Below, piece after piece: positions 38,470 to 53,999 of a stretch of 64,000 bases of DNA (its first letter is position 1; each line of letters begins with the position of its first letter). The notes beneath the pieces are model-generated. The model ran no database searches and was not told where the DNA came from. It saw only the letters and a program-made list of their open reading frames with translations. The stretch is from the NCBI GenBank assembly GCA_051294375.1, contig JBJCIZ010000239.1, positions 4,407,834-4,471,833 of the forward strand. The letters run 5' to 3'. A program made the position numbers and the translations under genes. The DNA is from Paraspadella gotoi (lineage: Eukaryota > Animalia > Chaetognatha).

Positions 38470-38957
38470 CTCTCTCTCTCTCTCTCACCCTTACCCTCTT
38501 TCTATTTATTTTCCTTTATTCTCGTGGGAGCGAAAACATCTTTCACAACGAATTCAAACCGAATCAGTAATTCAAGTCTAATTCTTTTTGGTACTAAAAC
38601 CTGAAATATTCCAAAGTTGGCTGATCGATAATCTGAACTTAAGACTAAACTATTAAAGCCGGCGTATTTTGTTTTTGTATTTAATAATTTATGTACCAGT
38701 CACCACGCTTTGTGATTTTCTTAAAAATACCTTTTTTTATGACAACCTCCGGTATATTTAATTCTTTTATTCAGTTTTCTATTCAATCAGTTTTCTATTC
38801 ATTAAGTTTATTATTTATTTTTGTTACGTATTAAAATATATAATTATTCATTTAATTATTGTATTAATATGATTTTTTAGGTCATCGTCTTGTAAATGTG
38901 TTTTTTTTAAATTTAAAAAAGATTAATCGGTATTGTTGCGCGTAAGAGAGACGAGAC

Positions 38958-39003
<46 letters not shown>

Positions 39004-39746
39004 TGCAATTACCATAATAATCGATAGAACAGGAACTAAGGACAAAAAAAATTATAAGAGGCACAACTTCTAGTCTCCTTGCTCCTTTTAAACATAAGAA
39101 AAGATTGCGTAAAAAATGTCGTTTTCTCGTATATATATATTTTCAAATATAATATATAGCTCTTGCAAACAAAATCTTTGCATAGTTGCGTTAATTGAGA
39201 GGGGTAGAGAGAGAGAGAGAGAGAAAACGAGAGAGAGTGAGAGAGAGAGAGAGTTTGTATCACAATTATATCACAAATTAATAGTTTTTATCCCAAACTC
39301 TCTTGTCAGAGAAAGCTGAGAATAATCGGGCCATATTCTTCAAAACCGCCCCATTTCAGCCTAAATTCAGAATATAATTTTTCAAGTTTAAAAAAAAAAG
39401 GTTAAAGGTAAAAAGGTTAGAGATAAATGTTAGATTTGTGATAGGGTTAAAATAGGTAACAAATTCGGTTAGCGATTAGCGTGAGGGTTTGAGGAGAGAG
39501 TTTAGGGAAAGAGGATAAAGATTAGGGTTAGGGATTAGAGTTTAAAACATTAAGGATTAGAGTATGGGATTAGGTTAGTGTTAAGGACTCGGGATAGGAA
39601 TAAAAGAGATTAGGGTTAGACATCAATGATTAGAGTATGGGATTAGGTTAGTGTTAAGGACTCGGGATAGGAATAAAAGAGATTAGGTTAGAAATTAAGG
39701 ATTAGCGTATGGGATTAGGTTAGTGTTAAGGACTCGGGATAAGAAT
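38470..39746. repeat. Direct duplicate of ~36195-37600, gap-flanked; includes a ~70-bp tandem repeat
   Basis: Collinear match. Repeat unit gggattaggttagtgttaaggactcgggataggaataaaagag. Confidence 0.9.
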
Positions 39747-39772
39747 NNNNNNNNNNNNNNNNNNNNNNNNNT

Positions 39773-40620
39773 TCATACTGTTCCTTAATTTCTAACCTAC
39801 TCTTTTTTTCTTATCCCGAGTCCTTAACACATACCTAATCCCATATACGCTAAATCCTTTAATTTCTAACCTAATCTCTTTTTCCTATCCCGAGTCCTTA
39901 ACACTAACCTAATCCATACTCTAAATCATTGATGCTAACCCTAATTCTTTATTTCTACCCGAAGTCCTTCCTCACCTTCCAATCCTACTCTAATCCTAAT
40001 GTCTAAATAATCTCTTCTATTTCTATCCCGAGTCCTTAAACAACTACCTAATCCTACTAATCCTTATGTTTAAACTCTAATCCCTAACCCTAATCTTATC
40101 CTCTTTCCCTAAACTCTCTCCTCAAACCTCTCACGCTAATCGCTAACCGAATTGTTTTACCTATTTTAACCCTATCACAAAATCTAACATTTATCTCTAA
40201 CCTTTTTTACCTTTAACCTTTTTTTTTTAAACTTGAAAATTTATATTCTGAATTTAGGCTGAAATGGGGGCGGTTTTGAAGAATATGGCCCGATTATTCT
40301 CAGCTTTTCTCTGACAAGAAGAGTTTGGGATAAAACTATTAATTTGTGATATAATTGTGATATACAAACTCTCTCTCTCTCTCACTCTCTCTCGTTTTCT
40401 CTCTCTCTCTCTCTCTACCCCTCTCATTAACGCAACTATGCAAAGATTTTGTTTGCAAGAGCTATATTATTATATTTGAAAAATATATATATACGAGAAA
40501 ACGACATTTTTTTACGCAATCTTTTTCTGTTATGTTTAAAAGGAGCAAGGAGACTAGAAGTTGTGCCCTTATAATTTTTTTGTCCTTAGTTCCTGTTCTA
40601 TCGATTATTATGGTAATTGC

Positions 40621-40663
<43 letters not shown>

Positions 40664-41183
40664 TCTCTCTCTCTCTTCTCTCTCTTCTCTCTCTCTCCTT
40701 CTCTGTTTCTCTCTGTCTCGTCTCTCTTACGCGCACAATCCGATTAACTTTTTTAAATTTACAAACAAAAAAAAAACACATTTACAAGACGATGACCTAA
40801 AAAATCATATTAATACAATAATTAAATGAATAATTATATATTTTAATACGTAAAAAAATATAATATAACTTAATGAATAGAAAACTGATTGAATAGAAAA
40901 CTGAATAAAGAATTAAATATACCGGAGGTTTGTCATAAAAAAAGGTATTTTTAAGAAAACACAAAAGCGTGGGTGACTGGTACATAAATTATTAAATACA
41001 AACAAAAATACGCCGGCTTAATAGTTTAGTCTTAAAGTTCAGATTATCGATCAGCCAACTTTGGAATATTTCAGGTTTTAGTACCAAAAAGAATTAGACT
41101 TGAATTACTGATTCGTTTGAATATTCGTTGTGAAAGAGTTTTCGCTCCACGAGAATAAAGGAAAATAACATAGAAAGAGGTAA

Positions 41184-41223
<40 letters not shown>

Positions 41224-42148
41224 AGAAGAGAGAGAGAGAGAGAGAGAAGAAGATTATCACGCATAACGACGGTCAGTTTTGAAGAACAAATGTAAATAGA
41301 AAACAAATAAAAGAAAGAGACAGGGAGGGAGTGAAAGAACGAGAGAGAGAGAAGAGAGAGAGAGGAGAGAGAGAGAGAGAGAAAGAGAGAGGAAGAGGGG
41401 AGTGAGCTAATATCATAAATTTGCTTATATTCTAAACTTTACTTTTATATTAACATCTTTCTTTTTTGTTTTCATTGTTTATTCTGAAAAAAATAAACTC
41501 AATTTAAGGATTGTTTGTTTCAATCTTTTAAGGGGACATCATACATAAGATTAAAAAAAGCTTTAAATGACAATTATAAATCAATTGTTGGATAAACTAT
41601 ATTAAATTAAATAAATAAGATAAGCATTTGATCATTACTGTAATTTGTTATTATGATTATACTCTAATCTCTGCTAATTTTTAACTCTTTCCCTTCTCTC
41701 CATTCGGTCTCACATTCTTTGAATGGATTATGCAAATACTAAGACAAGTTGACCTGGGTGAGTAAGGATGTTTCAGTTGGAGGTTGTCAGTCAGTCAATG
41801 AGTTGGTCTTTTAATCAGTATTTTAAATCCAATAATTATAGTTTTAAATAATATTAATTTTAAAGTTAAATATGTACATAAATTTTTTTTGATGTCAATG
41901 AAGATTTATTTAGTATCAGTAACCAATAAAGAGAGTCGGTATTATTTCAATATCCTTAGATTAGCAAAAATGTATAAAAAAATTTTTAAAAAATATTTTG
42001 CTATTGAAATAAGTAAATTCAGGGTAAGTTGCTTCGACGTTAACCCTAGATTTTATTGATCGGAAGTTGAGACTGAATTTTTTGGTGACGATTCTGGGGA
42101 TTAGTATGCTCCTTCTGTTGACGATCGATGATCGAAAGCGTGTCTGTG

Positions 42149-42227
<79 letters not shown>

Positions 42228-43474
42228 TCCTTTTCTCCATGCTCAAATCGATCACGAAGATTCCTTTGAGGGGAGGATGCGATCAAGAAAAAAAAACTAT
42301 TAAAAATTAATTAATACTTAAACGGCGGGAATTTGATAAAAAACATATATATATATAGGTAGTCGCCACATAATATAATATATATATAAAAAAAAATCGT
42401 TTCCCTTAAAATTTTTATTTCATCGGGAATTTTTTTTTTTTTTCCCTTTTTAAAATTCTCATTCACAAAATAAACTTCCCCCCCAAAAAAAATATGTCGT
42501 CCCTTTTAATCGAACGTTCTTGGTTTTGGCGACCTGCTGCTCCCTAACGTCGGCTTCGATCTCCGTGGCGCATCTTCCGTAAGAAACGAGACTTTCCCGC
42601 GCCGCTCGCCGCTGAACTAAAGGTGGCGCCCAACACTCTCGTGTCAGTCATCTAGCGGTCTATTTCCGGATCCTAACAACTGCGGGGCCGTTTTATCCAT
42701 TTGCGCGAATAACATTCCTTACATAAAGGTGTGGCGTTTTTTTTGGGCTAGGAGCTTGGCCCGTGATGTGGCCCGTGGCGTGTCCGAGCTTGGCCGTGTG
42801 TGGCCAGTGGCGCTGCTTTTGGCGTGGCGCTATTTGGTCGTGACGTAGCAAGATTGAAGATAATAATGATTGACTTGAGTAAACTAGTATCTGTGTTTTT
42901 TTTTCATTTTTTTTATTCTCTGATTTTTTTTTCCTTTTATCTTTACTCTCTCTCTCTCACTCTCTCTCTCTCTCTCTTCTCCCTCTCTCTCTTTCTCTTT
43001 TTTCCCTCTCTCTCTCCCTTTCCCTCTCCCCCCCTCTCTCACTCTCTTCCACTCTCTCTCCGCCGCCTCACGTGTCTCTTTGCCCCTCTTCCTCCCTACC
43101 TCCCTCCCCCTCCTCCTTCTTCCCCTCTCCCCTCCCTCTCTCCTCCCTCTCTCCCCTCTCCCTCCCTCTCCCCCCTCCCCTTCTCCCTCTCCCTCCTCTT
43201 CTCCCCTTCTCCCTCCCTCTCTCCCTCCCCTTTCCCTCCTCTTTCCCCTCGCTCTCTCCCCCTTTCCCTCCCTCTCTTTCCCCCTCTCTCCCCTCCTCCG
43301 TCTCCCCCTCTCCTCCTCTCTCTCCCCTCTCCCTCTCTCTCCTCTCCCCTCCTCTCTCCCCCTCCTCACTCCACAGGATTGCCCATCCAGCTTCGATTCA
43401 ACCCGCAACTCACAGTCTGCGACTGGCCACAAAACGTTGAATGCGCCGCCAGACGCGCGGACAAACCGACAAAG

Positions 43475-43515
<41 letters not shown>

Positions 43516-44087
43516 TCGCCCGTCTCGACGACGATTCCAACGGCTTCAGATGCGGCACAGAGAACGTGGCTTTGGCGACCGTCGGGAGAGCGACGCCAAG
43601 TCTCATTTCGAGAATCCTCTGTGGGACGCGATCAAGGCGTTCAGGTTAAATGAGTTTTGGAAAGTCGGTCGGTCGGTCATTTTGGTCGGTCGGTCGGAAC
43701 TTTAGACTGTTGATTAAACAAAACAAACAAAACAACAAACAAAACAAACAAAAAACAACAAACAACAAAAACAACAAACAACAAACAAATAAACAAAAAA
43801 TAAACAAAACACACGAAACAAACGAAATAAACGAAACAAAACAAAACAAACAAACAACAAAACAAAACAAAACAAAACAAAACCAACAAAACAAAAATCA
43901 ACAAACAAACGGAACAAACAAAACAAACTAAAAATTTTCTTAGGCCCGAAGACCGAGTGTCCAAAGAGAAAGATCTGGCACAGTGCACCGAAGATGTAAA
44001 GTATTGGCATTCGAGGGATCAACCTCCACAGTGGATTTACTTCGATTTCGGAGTCGGAGGGGAGAAGAGGATTTGTAGGTGAGAGAG

Positions 44088-44143
<56 letters not shown>

Positions 44144-44194
44144 AGAGAAGAGTAATATTTTTTTTCCTCTCATATCTCTTTTTTCTCATCAAAT

Positions 44195-44267
<73 letters not shown>

Positions 44268-47200
44268 CCTCTCTCTCTCTCTCTCCTTCCCTTCCTTTTT
44301 TAGAATTTCATTCGGGACTCGGCTCAACAACGACCAATGGAACGTTCCACTAGACGCTCCAGCCGTCTATGAGGTTGGCGTTCCTATGTAGCAAATTGAT
44401 AATACTTTACATCATAACACTGGTGCGCTTGCCTTCCAGCGGCTTTCTTTTGCAACATTTTTCTACCACAGTGCAAAATCTCAAGTTGCTATAACAAATT
44501 ATTTGCCACAGCATTTGATCTTTTCATTTCACTCCGATTTAAAATCCGTGTCGTATACGATCTGGGATAACGGGGGGAAAAATGGCTCACTTTCGGAGGA
44601 AAGAGCCCTTATTGTCATTGTCGAACTCGTAACATTGCGTAACATTAAATCAATACCCTCGTTAGAACACCCTGTATAAAGATTCAGTTCGCCGACGAGA
44701 ATCCAAACCAAGAGATTCGTGACGACCGTTGGAGAGACGCAGTGGGTGACTGGAATTGGACTGTCAGGTTAAGAATCGATGCCGGACTTTAAAGACAAGA
44801 TCCAGCGCGAGTCGGGCATTGCTATAACTTATAGCAAGTTAGAGTATAGTTCGTCCCGCCTGTAAGTAAGTCCCCTTCAGTCGCGACCGGTGAGAGATGA
44901 CTTGTACATTCGACTCGCGCTTCCCGCAGGAAGATACTATTAGAGATTAGGATAATGGTCATGATCTGCCGGCGTTAATCATTGAGCCGCCGTGTCACGA
45001 CCGAAGGTGTCATGCTGATAGGCAGGGGGTGAACTCATTCCGACGCACGACGACAATGAATTTCTCAATCGAATTTTAGATTTCTTGATTGATTGATCGA
45101 TTTGATCCATTCTCGATTGATTTCTTGTTTGAATTTTTGAAGAATTGATTGATTTATTGGTTTCTTGAATTGATTCATTTTTTTAATTGATTTCTTAATT
45201 GATTTCTCGATTTCGCAGAGAGATCAAAACCGTCAACTTGGCCTCCTCGAAGTTTCCCGTCCACATCGATTCTGGCGCCTCAATGTCCTGGAGTTAGAGG
45301 TCGACCGGACGGCAACAAATTCGTCGTCGTCAGAGATTTGCAGATGTTCCAGTTCGAAGTCTACCAAGGTGAGTTCGAGGAGCCAAGTTTGAGATGAGTG
45401 AGGGGGGGTAAGTTAAGAAAGAGGGGGGCCAGAAAAAAAATGGATAAAGTGGGTGTATGAAATGTATTTGGGAAATTTTTTTTTCTCAAATTACCTAAGC
45501 GTTTTTTTTATTAGGGCTTAAACTCTTCGACTGTTAAGCAAATTAAAGTTTTATATTTGATTATGATCTACAATTTCAAAATAAATACCGTAAAACGATC
45601 TAATTTGATAATTTTTTTAATTTTACATTTAATTTATCTTTTTTTTTTGTTTGGAAGTTGCAATATTATTCTTCTTTAATTAAAGCAATTAGGTAGTGAG
45701 ATTCTCAGTTATATTTCCGTTTTAAAGCTAATTTCCTAAACTCTTATTCAGTTAATTACTAAATAAAGCAAAAAAAAATCTACTTACTAAAAAAAACAAT
45801 TTTGCCTAAGTTCGATCATTAATTGGACTAAGGTAAATTATAAAAAAGGAATTATAAATCACTCCCAAACATTTTTTTGTAATAAAGCATGTTGTTTATG
45901 TTTGGTCGGTGGATCAAAGCGAGAAGGAAAATAACAACAATTTTAAAAAAAAAAAATAAATAACCACCGCCTCAATCCTATTTCCAATTTCTCGAATTCT
46001 GATTGGTCGAGACGACTTGGATTTAACCAATCATCGGGCGAAGTTTTCATTACCGCCCCTCACCTTCCAGCCATCCACCAGCACTTCGTTACCCACCCGT
46101 TCTCCGGTTTCTACTCTGCAACAACTCGGTTTCCACCGTTTTCCACTCTGACTACCACTCCGGTTTCCACCGTTTCCACACTGAAACCGACGACTTCCTT
46201 CACTCCGGGACCCTGCAACTTCGAGCCGAACCCGTGCCGGAAACCAAGGGAGGTGCATCATGGTCGGAACAATGGATACAGGTGAGATGAGTTAAGGGAG
46301 GGGTTGAGATGGGAAAATTGATTGGGAAAATGAATGGGAAAGGAGGAAAGAGATGGGGAAGAAAAGATAGGCCTTTATTTTCCCGAATGCCCCGTTTTAT
46401 CTTAAATTAAAAATTTAATTAATTCTTTGATTTAAAAATTACGATTAGGTTAAGGATTAGGATAGTGGATTAAGGTTAGGGACTTGCGTTTGTAATTAGG
46501 GTTAGGGATTTTAGGTTACGAACTAGCGTTTCAGATTAGACATTAAGGATAAGTGTTGAGGGTTAAGGTTTGGATTAGGGATTAGTTTCTACATTTAAAA
46601 CTTATTTAGGTTAATGTTAAGGCTAAAATTAAATAATGGGAGAACAGACAGTTATGGGGCATAAAAATTTATTGGATATAAATAAATAAATAAATAAATA
46701 AATGGTCGGTTAAAAAACTTTTTTAATATTTTTTTTTTGACAAATGTGATCTAATTTTTAATTGTATTCTCTCTCTCTAACCAGATGCTATTGCGAAACC
46801 GGCTTCCATGGAAAAAGTTGTGAACTGTCCTTGTTCGCCGAATCCGTGTAAAGAGGGCGAATGCAAATTAAATCCAAAATCTCAAACTGAAAGAAAGTTT
46901 GTTCTGCACTTGCAAAACAGGTTTGTATGTTTTTTTTTCATTATTATCATTAATATCTAATAATATTGTATTTGTGAATTTTTGTACTAACAATATTTTT
47001 CGTTATTTAATTATATATTTTAGGAAAAAAAATGTTTTATTATTTTTGATTTTGTTTAATTCATAAAATATGTCTTTGATTATAATGCTGACTTGATTAC
47101 AGGAAAGATAATATATTTTTAAAAGTACTTAAGTATTTTAATAACTCGTTTATTCGATACATACATACCAAGATAGGTACCTTTTTTGGAATATTTTCTT

Positions 47201-50200
47201 TATTTATTCACTCTTTTTTTTTACAGGTTTCACGGGAGAAATTGCGACAAGGACGTCAACGAATGTTTGGTGAAACATCCTTACGGTCCTTGTGATCGGC
47301 TGGGTGAAATCTTAAGGGATGAGCAAATGGAAAGAAACAAATTCTGTGACAATCTTTAGATTCACTTCATTCGTTTCTTGATTTCTATTCTCAATTCTCA
47401 TTGTTTCTTTCTCAATTCTCATTTCTTTCTCAATTCTCATTCTTTCTTTCTTAATTCTTATTCTTTCTCTTTTCAGACAAAGACCCAAGTTTGTCAAATC
47501 TATACGGTTCCTACAAATGTCTTTGCAAAGACGCTTTTACTGGCGATCAATGCCAGAATGTCAAATGCCTGCCAGCCAAACCCTTGCGCCAACCAAGGGA
47601 CTTGCTCCCCCGATCCAGCTGACCCTTCTAGCCGAAGTGCCAGTGCCCATCAGGTTGTTGTGGTGGATGTGGTTTTTGGTTTTTTTGAGATTATTGTGGA
47701 ATTGTTGGTTGTGCTTAATGTTGTTGATGTTGTTGCTTATAAATTTTGTTGTTGTTGTCGTTGTTATGGTTAATTTGGGGACAAAGGTGTTGTGGTTGTT
47801 GCGATTGCTAAGAATTTTGTTGTTGTTCTTGTTGTTTTTTCTTGTTGCGGTGGTTGCTTTTGTTGCGGTAATTATTGTGGTTGTGAATGTAGCTGCAAAC
47901 GAAAACAAGCAACAACATTGAAATCTAACAACAAATAACAACAAGAAACAATCAAAAATAAAAATAAGCATCAAATAACAACATTAAAAAAAATAAAACA
48001 AAAAACAAAAATATTACTCAGGTTTTTCTTGGTCCTCGTTGCGAGACAAACTCATGTCAGGGATTCTGCAAGAACAATGGCGTCTGCAATATTGTCTCTG
48101 GCAGGCCATCTGCTCATGCAGTTCCGGTTGGATGGGTGACTCCTGCGAGCAAGACGTTCAACGAATGCGCTACACGGCGGGAAAGGGAATTGCGTGGCGG
48201 TGGGTTTGAGAGAAAGAGGGAAGGGGGTCCTAGGTGGTGGGGTCGGTTGTAGGTTGTAGAGAGGATAACGAAATTGTAAGACCATTATATAAAAATTATT
48301 CATTCACTTTATAAATAACCTATCTTGCCCCTAGCTTGGCTTATTTTCCCAGAATGGCCTCATTTTAGCTAAATTTGAATTACATTAATTTTTAGTTAAG
48401 TTAATGATTAGGCTGGAGGTTAAGATTAGGGATTAAGGTTAGATATTAACTAAGGGTTTAAGGTTTTAGGGACTCTGGTTGTAATCAGGGTTAGAGATTT
48501 GGGTATGAACAAGAGTTTAGGGTTTAAAAGGTTTGGTTCGGGATTAAGTTAGGATTAGGGGGTTATTGTTATTTCCTGAGGTTATGGATTGGTTCTATAG
48601 CATTAAGAACATATTTAAGTTGATTTGTAAAAATTACCAATTTTATACTAAGGTTAAAATTAAGTTGCTGGAATAGCGTACAGAAATGGGGCACTCTTGG
48701 AAAAGAGAGCCGAATTTTCGATCGAGTTCATTCGTTATTTTTTGGCCAATAAGAGAAACGAAGAAACAAATGTACTTTTTTTTTGGCGAAGCGTCAGCCC
48801 CACTCACCATGACTTTTTCTTTCCACAGTCCAACACCCGACTCTGCGCCAAAACCGGGCAGTTTCTCTTGCCTTTGTCTTCCCGGGATTCTCGGGTCTTC
48901 TGCGCCCTTGTCACACAATAATGCGATCTGCGTCTCCTTGTTCACGGAGAGTCTGGCGAGATCGATCCGACTGACTCGTCAAAGATCAAGTGCAGGATGT
49001 CATGAGAGGTTCGAGGATAAGGGGTCTTGGTTAGGTCCGGTAAGGGTCTGGGTAAGGTCTGGTTGGGTCGGTAAGTCGGTTAAGATCTGCTCAGGTCTGG
49101 TTAAGAGCTCTGGGAAGACTGGTAGGGTCATTTTCCTTTTTCCATTTTGCAAATTTCATTTCTCATTTTCTATTTTCCTAGCCATTTCATTTTTTTTTCC
49201 ATTTTTTCATTCCATTTTCTTTTTTCGTGGCCATTCATTTTTATTCCATTTTCCCTTTTCCAATTTCTTTTTTCCCCGCCATTACATTTTTTTTCCATTT
49301 TCCTTTTTTACTTTTCTCCCTGGCCTTTCCATTTTCTCCATTTTTCATAGCCACATTTCTATTTTCTATTTTACATATAATTTCGAGTTTTTTACGATTT
49401 TTCATTACTTATTCTCCTCATTTCTTTATTTTGCATGGCATTTCATTTTTTTTACATTTTCCAATTCAATATTACATTTTAATTTTTTTTTAAATTTCCA
49501 TGTCCCAATTATTTTTCCACTTTCTTTTTTGTTTCTTCTTCCCATTTCCCTTTCCATTTGCTAATTTCCCTGGTCAATTTCCATTTTCAACCTTTTCATT
49601 TCCGCACCCCGTCCACACCTCACCTCCAAAACCAGGCTACATCGGCCCCACCTGCGCCATAGACAGCCGCGACTGCACCTCGACAGCTGCCTCATATCGG
49701 GATGCGTCGAGTCAGCCTCTCACGTGCAGATGCACGAGCGGGTGGGAGGGAACAGGTGCGAGACGAAGTGAAACGAGTGCGTAGCCAAATCAGAATTTGG
49801 GACGTGCAATCAGGTTGTCGATGGGGGGCGGGGGTTCTCTCTTTTTCAGAGCGCCCCATTTATTTTGGCTTATCCGGAATTAAATTTAAACTTTAAATCT
49901 ACTTAAAATATATTTTTTTAAATTAATAACTTAATCCTAACCTTATTTCTAACCTCAATCTCAAACTTTCGACCTAATCTACAGCCCTAACTTAACCCTA
50001 AACCTTTAATGCGTAATTTCTAACCCTCATCCTAACCTTAAACCTAAATCACTGACCAAATTTCTATAATTTTATCGCTAGCCTAATCCTAAACCTAAAC
50101 CTTTAATCTAATTTTCAACCTAATCTTTCATTAAAAAATTAATCTAATTCCAAATTTAAGGATTAAATGAAGGCGTTATGGGAAATAAGGCTAAGAAAGC

Positions 50201-50545
50201 TAATACTTTGTCAATTCTCTTCCCCTATATTCTCCTCTTCTCTCCTCTCTCCTCCTCCTCCTCCTCCTCTCCCAAGGACAACAACCCTCCAATGCCTCGA
50301 GAAAAACGGAGGTTAACACTGCGTCTGCAAGACGACCTTCGTGGCGACATTGCGACTCGACGGACGTCTGCATCCTAACCCCCTTGGGTCAAGAACGGAA
50401 GCCCCCAATGTAAGTGGATTCCCAAAGGCCGTTTGCATTTGTCCAGCAGGTGGTAGACTGTCGCAAGTGGGGCCTGCGCAATTTTGTTTTTTTAGCGGGT
50501 CCCTTATAAAAGCCATTTTAAAATATATATACAATATGTGTATAT
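39773..50545. repeat. ~10.8 kb inverted duplicate of ~26820-37623
   Basis: Collinear reverse complement that includes introns, SSRs and exons; it begins right at the N gap 39747-39771. Confidence 0.95.
42494..50449 (+). pseudogene. Frameshifted inverted copy of exons 1-14 of the chitin-binding EGF gene (probable assembly artefact)
   Basis: ATG at 42494. Same exons with frequent single-base indels that increase toward 50.5 kb; truncated after EGF 10. Confidence 0.7.
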
Positions 50546-51199
50546 AATAGAACCCAAGAAAAGATGATTGCGGTTTTCCCACCCACTTAGAGAAAGGCCG
50601 GCTTTGGATTTCACCAATCCCAGTGAAATCCAAAGATCCGGTTGCGCAATATCTTCCAAGGAGGTCTCAGAAAGATATTGTAGCGGTAATCTCGTTCGAC
50701 GGCTAAAGATATAAAAGGGGAAGGCAAGAGAGAGAGGAGTCAGTTCCTCTCCACACCAAATTGCTTAAATTTTTGTTGTAAATAGAAAATAAAACTTATT
50801 CAAACCTTTATTCATCTGTGGACAGCCTCAGTCAGAGTTCAGTAGCAAGAGACGCTACATTAGTAATACTTGAGTAAATATTCATATTTGTATAAATTTA
50901 AGCTAAGTTTATGCAAAACTGCGACGGGTACTAGGATGAAAGATGTGAAGGAAGAGTCTCGCAGATTCAAAGGGGGGCGGAGATCGGAAGGCAGCTGGGG
51001 TAAGGAAAGGGAGGGAAAGGAGAGAAAGAGGAGAGAAAGGTAGTGAAAGAAAATAAGAAAAAGGGTGGGTAAGTTAAGAAAAGAGTTGGGTAAGTGAAGA
51101 CAATACTTACTTAATCGAAGATGTAGATCTGACGGAGCTTCAGACCGAACAAAGAAAAAGTTAAAGTTGTGCAGCGCCATTGCCAGTTCATTGACAATG

Positions 51200-51231
<32 letters not shown>

Positions 51232-51259
51232 GATTATTTTTTTCCCCGAAAATATCATG

Positions 51260-51665
51260 AGTCAATTGTTGTCTTTGGTCCCTTGTCGTCGTCGAATTTT
51301 TCCTATCGTCGTCGTCGTCCGTCGTCGTCGTCGTCCTTCCTTCTTATGTAGTCAATAGTATGTGGTCGTATCCAAAATCGGGTGTCAGGAATTCTAGTTG
51401 TTCATGATTTCCGCCTTTCGCATAATGAGCCTTATTATAAATAGTAATCGGCTTAATAAAAATATTTAAATGCTCGCACAAACACAAATACAAATCGAAA
51501 AACAAAGTTATTGTAATAACGAGGTATAACATTTGTTTGATCGGTAATCAGTTGTCCTTCGTCGTCGTCTTCGTCAACAAAATTCGTAGTTTTTTTCCCC
51601 GAATATTCTATTATCATCTCGGGGTTTCCTCTCTCTCTCTCTCCTCTCATCTTCTTCTCTCTCAG

Positions 51666-51701
<36 letters not shown>

Positions 51702-52792
51702 GTCGTCGTCTCCTCTCTCTCTTATTCTTTCTTTCTTTTTTTTTTTGTTGCGACGGCTGGAGTCCTTGAGCCCTCGTGAGTAAAGACGACGACGAACGAA
51801 GATGATAGCAATGAGGACGACGGACGAAAGACGAGTCGACGACGACGAACGACGACGACGGACGCCGACGACGACGAACGGCGAAGACGACGAAGGAGGA
51901 CGATGAAGATGATAATATTGATGACGACTACCCCGAACAAAATTGCAGGCGAATAAGTATAATAATTGTCACGTCAGGGTCAAAGCTTTAACAATTCTTC
52001 AGAGGGCAATAATTTAAATACGATAATTGCGACACCCGTTGACAAGGGATCAAACTAGACGACGACGGACGACGACAAAGGAGGGAAAAATAAGCTAAAT
52101 GAGGGCGAAAACTTGATGTCGATGACGACGACGAACGACGACCGGACGACCGACTGAAGATTCGCGAGTCGTCGATGACAAAAGCGCGCTTTTTTGGGGT
52201 GTCTGTGTGTGTCAAATTAACGCGTGTGCAATGGCATTCAACAGGTGAGTTGAACTCACGTACGAAACGAATGAACGGACGACGACAAAAAGTTACGAAC
52301 GAAGTCTGACTGTGAGGCTGAACTGTGAGGCCTGTCTGTGAGGGCTGACTGTGGGCCTGACTGTGGGCCTGACTGTGGGAGCTTGACTAATTGATTAGAA
52401 CATGAATGTGGGAAGTTGTTTGGGAAATGGGTGAGGGCCGCGTAAAAACAAAAGAAAAGAAATGTAAATAAGAAATATTACTCTAACTTGGTATGAAATG
52501 TAAAAAGAAATGATACTGGATCGTCATGTAACAAAAATTGTTCTGTTGAAAGAAGGTCCGCTCGAAAAAAAAAATAAAATAAAAAAAAATAAAAAGGGTC
52601 AGAATTGAAATGGAAACAAAAAGGGAATTGGATTCCGACATGAAGTCATTTGTCGACGTGACAGCGAATTTCGCGCTTAATTAAACCGCGAAGTCATGTA
52701 AAGCGCTTTTTTTGGGGGGGGGGAGTTGGTTTTGTTGTTTGAGAGAGAGAGAGAGAGAGAGAAGAGAGAGAAGAGAAGAGAGAGAGAGAGAG

Positions 52793-52833
<41 letters not shown>

Positions 52834-53528
52834 ACCATATTGCTCTCCAGTCATCGGCCGGAGTTTATTTTTTGGCAAGGAAACATTTCGCCGCAATTTG
52901 GGCAAATAATCATCGCGGAGGAAAAAAAAGAAACAAAAGTCGGATTGTGCCTCGTTTGGCATAAATCATTGACCGTCGCTCGTTTTTATTTTTTGGTTTT
53001 TTGTTTGTTTTTTTTCCGTTTTGAGAGAAAATAAAAGCCACTGGTAAGTCACGAGTACAGTAATGGTTTTGTTTGGAACCTGGGAGATATATCCAGAATA
53101 CAACACTAACCTGCCTGACCCGTTGAATATTAAAAAGTAATTGTTAGAATCTTAAAATATATTTTCCTAAGTTAAAAATGTTTATCTTAACAGGAAGTTT
53201 ATCAATTTTAATGAAAATTATAATTACTTTTTTTGATAGTTAAAAAATTTTTTTTTTTTTAAAGAATATGGTAAGACAAGTCATCTTGAAATAACTTTTA
53301 TAAAAAGATTTAGTTTTTGCTCACTATGACCTTTTTCCCTTCGTGCCAGACAAAACCTTCCTCCTGTACCGAACTTTAGTACCAACGGTTCCATTTGGGT
53401 GAGTTTTTGATATTCCTCACCACTCCGAGATCGTCGATACTAAAAAGTTCAAAAAATTTAATTTCTCTCTCTATTCTCTCTCATCTCTCGTCTCCTCATC
53501 TCTCTCTCTACTCTCTCTCTCATCTCTC

Positions 53529-53564
<36 letters not shown>

Positions 53565-53905
53565 CTGAAATGCACCGGCAGGGGCTAAAAATTTGAATCC
53601 AAGGCAAGAAGATTATTTTTACAAAATGATTGATGAACTTCGGAATTTATTTATTTACTTTTTTTTTTCATTCGTATTTAAGTTAAACCATATTTTTTTT
53701 TTATTCAATCATAAAAAAAAACGAAGGAAATTGAAATCCGAAGCGAAACGACGCTTTTGAAAATTACGAATCGAATTTTCAAAACCTCGGATCTCGGGAA
53801 AAAACTTTTGGGAAAGAGACTTCATTCCCGGCCCCCCAGCCCCCGCCTCCCCTTTTCTCTTTCTGAGTGCTTTCCGCTCAAAATTATTCTGAGGGGGAAG
53901 AATCT

Positions 53906-53999
<94 letters not shown>

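Noticed and set aside
50545-51130. LTR/PBS fragment or cathepsin-propeptide-like exon
   Set aside because: The TG...CA segment is too short, there is no second LTR, and the peptide resemblance is too weak.
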